Of a stretch of DNA of 64,000 nt, positions 57,934 to 64,000 are shown in pieces. Within the stretch, counting starts at the first letter, position 1, and the number at the start of each line of letters is the position of its first letter. Made by a program: the position numbers and the translations under genes. Where the stretch lies: the IMG/VR virus record IMGVR_UViG_3300037419_001469, positions 20,786-84,785 of that record. One strand, 5' to 3'. This stretch comes from a virus. Lineage: Duplodnaviria; Caudoviricetes. The notes beneath the pieces were generated by a model that saw only the letters and a program-made list of their open reading frames with translations, was not told where the DNA came from and ran no database searches.

Positions 57934-58097
57934 CGATCTCGGTCAACGTCGAAGCCGTTCAGGCTGCCATCGAACCGCCGCAGGAAATCACGGTCGCGCT
58001 CGCAGTCGGCCAGGGTCCGGCCGGCGTGCCGGGCCTGCTGACGGAACAGGACCTGCCCTACGACCCGACTCTCCTACTTGAAAACGCGCTGGCATAA
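57930..58097 (+). CDS. small fibre-associated protein
   Basis: ATGA coupling; GQGPAGVPG. Confidence 0.55.
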   Translation: MTISVNVEAVQAAIEPPQEITVALAVGQGPAGVPGLLTEQDLPYDPTLLLENALA

Positions 58098-58108
58098 GGA
58101 CCATCACC

Positions 58109-58600
58109 ATGAGCATCGTCGTCCAACTTTCAAACCTGATCACCCGTATCGGCACCGAGTTCAAATCGGTACGGTCCACGACCGGCGCGCTGACGGACTT
58201 GTCCACCACGACCAAGTCAAGCCTGGTCGGCGCGATCAACGAGGTCAAGGCGGCGCTGGCTTCCGCTTCGCAAATCAACGATGCCGCCGCCAGCACGACC
58301 ACGGCCTACTCCTCGCAAAAGGTCACGGACCTGCTGGCGACGCTGAAGTCCGACATCCTCGGCGGCGCCTCGGCGGCGTATGACACGCTGCAGGAGCTGG
58401 CCACGCTGATCCAGTCGGACGAGTCCGGCATCAGTTCGCTGACCACGGCAGTCGGCAACCGGGTGCGGTTCGATGCGGCGCAGACCCTGACCTCGGGTCA
58501 GCAGGCGCAGGCGATCGCGAACATCGGCGCGATTGCCGCGGCCGATGTGGGCGACGTGACCACGGACTTCGTCGCGCAGTTCAATACCGCCATCGCGTAA
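58109..58600 (+). CDS. fibre shoulder/anchor protein
   Basis: LSTTTKSSLVGAINEV, GASAAYDTLQEL fibre motifs. Confidence 0.7.
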   Translation: MSIVVQLSNLITRIGTEFKSVRSTTGALTDLSTTTKSSLVGAINEVKAALASASQINDAAASTTTAYSSQKVTDLLATLKSDILGGASAAYDTLQELATLIQSDESGISSLTTAVGNRVRFDAAQTLTSGQQAQAIANIGAIAAADVGDVTTDFVAQFNTAIA

Positions 58601-58609
58601 GGAGCCAGC

Positions 58610-60484
58610 ATGAGCCTGGTTAGCCAGATCACGGCGGTCGTTCAGGCCATCGGTGCTCAGATCAAGGCGATCAATTCCGCCAAGGGTGCGGCCAACGGTT
58701 TAGCCACGCTTGGCAGTGACGGCAAGGTGCCGTCTGCGCAACTGCCAACGCTTGCCGCTACGCCGGGCGGCGCGACGACGCAAGTGCAGTTCAACGACGC
58801 CGGCAGCTTGGGCGGCGACGCCGATTTCACCTGGGACAAAACGAACAACGTCCTCACCATTGGCACGGGCGCAGGGACTGGCACGCTCAAGGCCGCCGAT
58901 GCTGCAGCGGCCACGGGCGCAGGCGCAAACCTTGCCATTACTGCCGGTGCAGGCGGTACAAGTTCTGGCGCAGGCGGCTCGATTGCGATCACTGCCGGCA
59001 CTCCCACCAGCGGCAATGGCGGTTCAATCACGATCAAGTCGGGTGCGGGCAGCGGCCTCTCCCCGGCCGGTGACATCACGATCATGCCGGGCCAGAACAA
59101 GGGTGGCGGGCTAGGCACACTCACCTTGAAAGGTTCCTCCGAGGGAGGAGGTCAAGGACCTGTCAAGGTGCTCGGCGGCGATGCCGCATCCGGCACGGCG
59201 ACTGGCGGCGCAGTCACTGTCCAGGGCGGCAATTCTGTCACCAATGGCGGCTCTGGCGGCGCAGTCACGGTGGCGGGCGGCGATGCGATCGCACCGGGCG
59301 GCGTCGGCGGCAACGCGACTCTGCGGGGCGGCAACAGTTTCGGCGTCTCGCAAATCGGCGGCAGCGTATCGATCTCTGGAGGTGCAGCTGATCCAGGCAC
59401 CACGGCCGGTTGGAATGGCAAGAACGGTGGCACGGTTACGATCACTGGCGGCACCGGAGGCAGCGCGACGAACTCGGGCGTCGCTGTCGGCGTGGGCGGT
59501 GCGGTCACAGTCCAGGGCGGCGCAGCCGGCACAGCCAGCAATAGCGCGAACGGCAGCTCGGGCGGCGCAGTGCTCATCAAAGGTGGCACGGCAACCGGCA
59601 ACGCAACGGGTGGCACGGCAACCCTTGCGGGCGGAGACGGCTCCAGTGGTTCGACTGCTGGTGCCTTGGGCGGCAACACCGTCATTTCCAGCGGCAGCCC
59701 CGGCTACGCTGCGGCGCAAGCTGGAAGCATCACCATCCAACCGGCCGATTCGGGCACGAATGCTTCCGGCGCTGGCGTCACGATCAAGGGCGGCACATCT
59801 CAGAGCGGCGCAGTCGGCGGTGACGTCACCATTTCCGGTGGCGCAGGCACCACATCAGGCACCGGCAGTGCCGGCAACGTCATCATTCAGGGCGGCGCAG
59901 CCTCGTCCACCAACGGCAACAATGGCGGCGGCGTCACGATCAAGACCCTCACGCCGGGGAACGCGGGCGGCGTCGCCGGCAATATCGCCATCACTTCCGG
60001 GGATGGCGGCACCGCCAGCTTTGGTAATGGCCCTGCGGCTTCTACCGTCACGGTCACCGCAGGTAAGGGTGGCACCGGGACTTCAGGCTGGAACGGCGCG
60101 GCGGGTGGTATCGCGCAGATGCTTGCTGGCGCGGGTGGCAACGGTAACGGCTCGGGCGCACCGGGCGCAGGTGGCGACGCCAAGGTCACGGCCGGCGCGG
60201 CAGGCACGGGCGGCACCGGCAACGCCAACGGTGGCAACGTCGTCCTTACACCAGGCGCTGGCGCCGGCACCGGAGCACGCGGCAACGTTGTGCTGAACGG
60301 CACGGGCGCGGCGCTGGCGACCACAGCCACGGGCGGGTTCACCTGCATCCCGACCTGTGCCGGAACTCCGACCGGTGTGCCGGCAAACGTCTCGGCCGGC
60401 ACGGTGCCGATGGTGTTCGACACGACGAACAACAAACTGTGGGTCTATACGGGCGGCGCGTGGAAATCGTCACTGCTTGCTTGA
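58610..60484 (+). CDS. glycine-rich tail fibre
   Basis: GLATLGSDGKVPSAQLP then many GGxVxIxGG repeats. Confidence 0.8.
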   Translation: MSLVSQITAVVQAIGAQIKAINSAKGAANGLATLGSDGKVPSAQLPTLAATPGGATTQVQFNDAGSLGGDADFTWDKTNNVLTIGTGAGTGTLKAADAAAATGAGANLAITAGAGGTSSGAGGSIAITAGTPTSGNGGSITIKSGAGSGLSPAGDITIMPGQNKGGGLGTLTLKGSSEGGGQGPVKVLGGDAASGTATGGAVTVQGGNSVTNGGSGGAVTVAGGDAIAPGGVGGNATLRGGNSFGVSQIGGSVSISGGAADPGTTAGWNGKNGGTVTITGGTGGSATNSGVAVGVGGAVTVQGGAAGTASNSANGSSGGAVLIKGGTATGNATGGTATLAGGDGSSGSTAGALGGNTVISSGSPGYAAAQAGSITIQPADSGTNASGAGVTIKGGTSQSGAVGGDVTISGGAGTTSGTGSAGNVIIQGGAASSTNGNNGGGVTIKTLTPGNAGGVAGNIAITSGDGGTASFGNGPAASTVTVTAGKGGTGTSGWNGAAGGIAQMLAGAGGNGNGSGAPGAGGDAKVTAGAAGTGGTGNANGGNVVLTPGAGAGTGARGNVVLNGTGAALATTATGGFTCIPTCAGTPTGVPANVSAGTVPMVFDTTNNKLWVYTGGAWKSSLLA

Positions 60485-60643
60485 TCCCACTTAGTGGGAC
60501 CCGGAAATGACACAGGCCCGGTTGACCGGGCCTGCGGGATACCTGATGACGAGGCAAGTACCCGAAGTAATGACTAGGAGAAGTGTCGATTACTAGGCCG
60601 CAAGTGTAGCAATTGTGGCCCGGTTCGTCAATTTGACACTGCT

Positions 60644-60895
60644 CTACTTCCAGTTCCCCGGCACCTTTACCACGCGCCCCAATGCAGGCGGCGCATCGTC
60701 GCGGCGCACGAACTCCCGCGCCGAGTTCCCGGTCGGAAAGCGCATGGCCTTGGCCGGGTCATTGACGTAGCACGCGCTGATGCGCTCGCCCTCGAAGATC
60801 AACTCTTGCAGGTAAGCGTAACCGCTCGGGCTGTGGCCATTCTTGATGCGAATCGCATAGCTGGTGTCGGTGTCGAGCTGGCATTCCTTGGTCAT
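60644..60895 (-). CDS. hypothetical protein
   Basis: ATGA coupling. Confidence 0.55.
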   Translation of the reverse strand: MTKECQLDTDTSYAIRIKNGHSPSGYAYLQELIFEGERISACYVNDPAKAMRFPTGNSAREFVRRDDAPPALGRVVKVPGNWK

Positions 60896-61239
60896 TTCAG
60901 GTACTCCTTCAGAAGGTATTCCGTCATGTGCATCGGGTTCACGTTCGATTGCGACTCCGGGTGCGACAGGCCCTTGTCGACGTAAGAGATGACCGTGTGG
61001 CCCTTCTTTTTCAGCTTCGCGTCGCGCAGCGCCTGGTCCCAACACTCGATGATGAAGTGCAGGTTGTGAGTGCTGATCTCGGTGCCGTGGTGCTTCTCCA
61101 GCCAAAGCGCCATCTTGGCGTGCCGTGGCTCCAGCTGGCGGTAGACGATGCCAAGGCTGTTGTCGCGCTCCCACGGCATCTGCTGCAGCAGCTGGCCGTA
61201 TTGCGCGCGGATGTCGTTAGTCAGTTGCTCTGGCGTCAT
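60892..61239 (-). CDS. hypothetical protein
   Basis: AGGAG RBS before ATG 61239. Confidence 0.6.
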   Translation of the reverse strand: MTPEQLTNDIRAQYGQLLQQMPWERDNSLGIVYRQLEPRHAKMALWLEKHHGTEISTHNLHFIIECWDQALRDAKLKKKGHTVISYVDKGLSHPESQSNVNPMHMTEYLLKEYLK

Positions 61240-61286
61240 GATGGCTCCTGTGCGGGCGAACAGTCTACAGCAGCCCGCACAGACCA

Positions 61287-61580
61287 TCACAGCACGAGCG
61301 GACCCTTGCTTGGTATCTGCCGATCAAGCATCTGCTGTACGCGCTGTGGCGTGTTGTCGATGCTCATCGTATTGGTTTCCTCGTCAACTGTAATCGTCTG
61401 GCCGCGCTCGAAGCGGAAGTCATGCGGGTACGCAGGCAGACAGATCAGGTAGGCATCGTCGGTCTCGTGCGTGACCGGGAAGCCATTGAACGTAAAGCTC
61501 CACGGCATGCCATTGACGATATTGCCACCAGCCTCGATGCCGTACTGGATGAACTGCTCGAAGGTGAAGGTCCGTTTCAT
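61287..61580 (-). CDS. hypothetical phage protein
   Basis: GGNIVNGMPWSFTFNGFPVTHETDDAYLI motif. Confidence 0.7.
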   Translation of the reverse strand: MKRTFTFEQFIQYGIEAGGNIVNGMPWSFTFNGFPVTHETDDAYLICLPAYPHDFRFERGQTITVDEETNTMSIDNTPQRVQQMLDRQIPSKGPLVL

Positions 61581-61948
61581 GCTTTCTCCCTAGTTGTGCT
61601 TTGATCCAGCAAGGATCGCATGGCAACGACTTCCTGCGGGTTTTCATCCCGCCACTGCTGCCAGCTCTCATGCGTCAACTTGTGCTCGATCCAGATCGGA
61701 TGATCCGGCGTCGGTTCGAATGGCTCCTTGCCCTCGACACAGCAAGCACAGCGCTGGCTGTACCCGACCTGGTGCTCGCCGCAGAAGAACAAGCCGCAGC
61801 CGTCCTCGCCGCCGTAGGGCTCCTCGCCGCAGACATAGCCGAGCCCGCGATCGATCTCCTTGCCGCAGCCCGGGTGGTCGCAGTACGCCGGCACACCATA
61901 GCCGATGTCGCGGTTCCAGTGATCGTCATAGCCGATGCTCCATCCCAT
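61577..61948 (-). CDS. Cys/His-rich hypothetical phage protein
   Basis: CDHPGC...VCG...CGLFFCGEH...CACC. Confidence 0.75.
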   Translation of the reverse strand: MGWSIGYDDHWNRDIGYGVPAYCDHPGCGKEIDRGLGYVCGEEPYGGEDGCGLFFCGEHQVGYSQRCACCVEGKEPFEPTPDHPIWIEHKLTHESWQQWRDENPQEVVAMRSLLDQSTTREKA

Positions 61949-61981
61949 TTCATTGCTCCCGTAGAATAGACATAGCGTTCG

Positions 61982-62230
61982 TTATGCATCACCGAAATCG
62001 ATGCTTTCCGGCATATAGCGTGCTGGCGTGTGCTTACCCCTGACTTCCTCCTTCAGCACGATCTTTCCTTCCTGCACTGCATAAATTTCCTTGATGACCT
62101 CATCAGGACACGGCTCGCCGTTGCCATAACTCATGTTTGATGGGTACTTGCGCACGATCTCCAGCGTGCCGTTTTCTTCCAACCCAGCACGGAGAATCGT
62201 GTGCTGCCGAAACAAGTAAGCGTTGCTCAT
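61982..62230 (-). CDS. hypothetical protein
   Basis: AAGGA RBS before ATG 62230. Confidence 0.6.
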   Translation of the reverse strand: MSNAYLFRQHTILRAGLEENGTLEIVRKYPSNMSYGNGEPCPDEVIKEIYAVQEGKIVLKEEVRGKHTPARYMPESIDFGDA

Positions 62231-62265
62231 ATTTATTTCCTTTTGGTTATTCAACATATCCCCGG

Positions 62266-62577
62266 TTATGCGGCATTCAGTCGGGCGTCAATCGCTTCGT
62301 CTAGCTCGTCACTAGATAGCGAAAACCCTTCCTCGTCACATACATCAAGATCGCCGGAGTGCGTCTCGCCGATGTTCCGCAGCCAGCGATACCGCGCAGC
62401 ATCCTTTTCCAGCTCGGCAATGCGCTGCTCCGACGTCGCTAATGCACGGCGCAGTTCATTGATTTCCTGATCCATCGCTATCCCGGCCATTGCCATATCC
62501 GTCTTGGCAAATGGGTTGCGCTCATCCCACGGGGCTATATCGGAAAGTTTCTTAGTCGTCATAGTTGTATTTTTCAT
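62266..62577 (-). CDS. Ead/Ea22-like coiled-coil protein
   Basis: RIAELEKDAARYRWLR...LDEAID motif; start uncertain. Confidence 0.6.
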   Translation of the reverse strand: MKNTTMTTKKLSDIAPWDERNPFAKTDMAMAGIAMDQEINELRRALATSEQRIAELEKDAARYRWLRNIGETHSGDLDVCDEEGFSLSSDELDEAIDARLNAA

Positions 62578-62585
62578 AATGGATA

Positions 62586-62846
62586 TTATGCGTAGAGCGG
62601 TGTAATGGTCGCCCCGGAAATCAGCGCATTCTGTGCGGCACGCTCGTTGTCGAAATACCCGTATTTCACAAAGCCATCGGGAAGACGCAACTCTACTTTC
62701 CATGCGACCGGCTCACCACGCGCCGCCTGCCATGCTTCCCACATAGCCTCCATGATCGGAGCGCCTTCGACTTGCACCTGAAACCAATCAGGCACTTTGT
62801 TCCTTTCGCGGAACCACTTTTCAAACGCGGCGCGGGTATCGGTCAT
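62586..62846 (-). CDS. hypothetical phage protein
   Basis: RAAFEKWF...WEAWQAAR..PVAW...TPLYA. Confidence 0.65.
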   Translation of the reverse strand: MTDTRAAFEKWFRERNKVPDWFQVQVEGAPIMEAMWEAWQAARGEPVAWKVELRLPDGFVKYGYFDNERAAQNALISGATITPLYA

Positions 62847-63328
62847 TTCGGTTCTCCGGGCTTAGCGTCATTCACTTTGGCCTGCGCCCACAGTTGCAGA
62901 ATTCCGTCCCGCTGATCTCGCGCACCTTCTACATACCAACTACGGCCCGACTGGTCGTATTGGTCTTGCGTGTACATGTGCTGGCCGGTAACGCGGTCAT
63001 GCCATAGGCCGTGATCCATAAAGAAGCGATCGCTCTGGATAGCGGCAGACCATGCCTGCCATGCAGTCACCGTGTCTTTAACCAAGTCCCATGTGGTATA
63101 GCCGCCATCTGCGACAGCTTCATCGAGCCATGCATTAAATTCCGGGTCGGGGAAGCTGATGCGATCAGCGTCGCGGTCGCGTCGTTTTGCTTGCGGGCCA
63201 GCTGACCGCGTGTACAGCCTTCCGCCAACCTGCTCGCACAGACCCGACCTTTCGCAGAGCGCTGGATAGTGTTTCTTCAGCCATTCGACGGCCTCGGCCG
63301 GCACGCTGACAAAATCTTGCGCATTCAT
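62843..63328 (-). CDS. hypothetical phage protein
   Basis: Coupled ORF. Confidence 0.65.
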   Translation of the reverse strand: MNAQDFVSVPAEAVEWLKKHYPALCERSGLCEQVGGRLYTRSAGPQAKRRDRDADRISFPDPEFNAWLDEAVADGGYTTWDLVKDTVTAWQAWSAAIQSDRFFMDHGLWHDRVTGQHMYTQDQYDQSGRSWYVEGARDQRDGILQLWAQAKVNDAKPGEPK

Positions 63329-63825
63329 TGCGGCACCTGCATAGCAACAACTGGTGCCCCTCGGTTAAACAGCATCATGGCAAAATTGCCAATATCGACC
63401 GGGTCGCCTTTTGCCAAGTGCTCGATCAACAGGGCTTGCAGACGCTCGACCGGGCATTGTTCTGGGGCATTCCATCCACCCCGGCCCTTGGCGCGCGATG
63501 CCTCCATTTTGTCTTTCATGGCAGTAGCAAAGCGATTAACTGCCAAGTCATCGGGATGAGTGTTGCAAACATAACAATCGCACGGCGGCTCCTCGACGGC
63601 CGCCTGATTCCCCAAATCGTCCTGCGCGGCGGCAGGTATTTCCTTGGTCATCTCCTCCCTAAGCACCATTAACCGCTCCAATGCAGCATCAAGGCTGGCA
63701 ACATTGTCGAATGCCATTTCCGTCAGTGTTTTTCCGGTTAATGCACGGGCAAATTTCACAGCGTTGCTATCGTTGCTGGCATGGCCGCAATCGCGCCAAA
63801 GTGCCAAGATTTCGTCAGTGGTCAT
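63325..63825 (-). CDS. hypothetical phage protein with HPDDLAV...GDPVDIGNFAMML domain
   Basis: Recurrent phage domain; GAGG RBS. Confidence 0.65.
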   Translation of the reverse strand: MTTDEILALWRDCGHASNDSNAVKFARALTGKTLTEMAFDNVASLDAALERLMVLREEMTKEIPAAAQDDLGNQAAVEEPPCDCYVCNTHPDDLAVNRFATAMKDKMEASRAKGRGGWNAPEQCPVERLQALLIEHLAKGDPVDIGNFAMMLFNRGAPVVAMQVPQ

Positions 63826-64000
63826 TTTTGAGAGCCTCGTTTTAAAGTGAATAAGTAGGCATATGGATAATGCGGCTTATCTGCCTAGTGGTTATGGTTG
63901 CAGGTGCAATAAATCTCGCATTGGCTATTCGATTTGTCATTTGCAGCGGCATTGTGCTGGCAGCTTGTCGCATTCGCGGCAAAATAGCGAAAAGCGCTGA

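Larger units (their letters stand above)
393..60499. repeat. Dispersed 15-bp palindrome family B, TC(C/A)CACT-N-AGTG(G/T)GA
   Basis: Exact CACTNAGTG cores start at 395, 1933, 8650, 13369, 20371, 27640, 29224, 32341, 35849, 40213, 40230, 46017, 49784, 50054, 53619, 54417, 57391, 60488; near matches at 2715, 11516, 15719, 17057. Confidence 0.9.

Noticed and set aside
393-60499. Family B as a restriction-site artefact (contains CTNAG and CACNNNGTG)
   Set aside because: Phages deplete rather than enrich such sites, and conservation extends to 15 bp beyond either recognition sequence.
1-64000. Integrated prophage with att sites, integrase or CI repressor; tRNA/rRNA genes
   Set aside because: No tyrosine/serine recombinase motifs, host genes or cloverleaf/rRNA signatures recognised; lifestyle cannot be decided from this window.

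Overview
The whole window looks like part of one GC-rich tailed dsDNA phage genome of siphovirus type. I see no host housekeeping genes, integrase, tRNA or CRISPR. DNA polymerase and primase are also absent and probably lie outside the window. Two arms diverge from ~24.7-25.7 kb. The leftward arm (minus strand, 1-24.6 kb) has an SNF2 helicase, MazG-like, KTSC, ParB-like and M28-peptidase-like genes, a degenerate HNH-like protein and ~40 small unknown genes. The rightward arm (25.8-60.5 kb) has a lambda GpA-type terminase, portal, S49 protease/scaffold, capsid, neck, tail tube, frameshifted tail chaperones, a 2655-aa tape measure, tail tip, lysis genes and a fibre module. A third, convergent minus-strand block covers 60.6-64 kb. 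A lambda cosN/I2-like sequence at ~25,618-25,664 suggests the virion ends lie there. The strongest unexplained signals are non-coding. (A) 13 copies of a 17-bp palindrome CCATTTAC-N-GTAAATGG are confined to the left arm and mostly fused to ribosome-binding sites at gene junctions. (B) 18 exact-core plus 4 near copies of a 15-bp palindrome TC(C/A)CACT-N-AGTG(G/T)GA are spread over the whole window, including inside coding sequences; these are candidate dispersed operators/centromere for the orphan ParB-like protein. (C) A weaker TTTCC-N4-GGAAA family lies at late promoters. All product calls come from manual motif recognition; no database searches were run.
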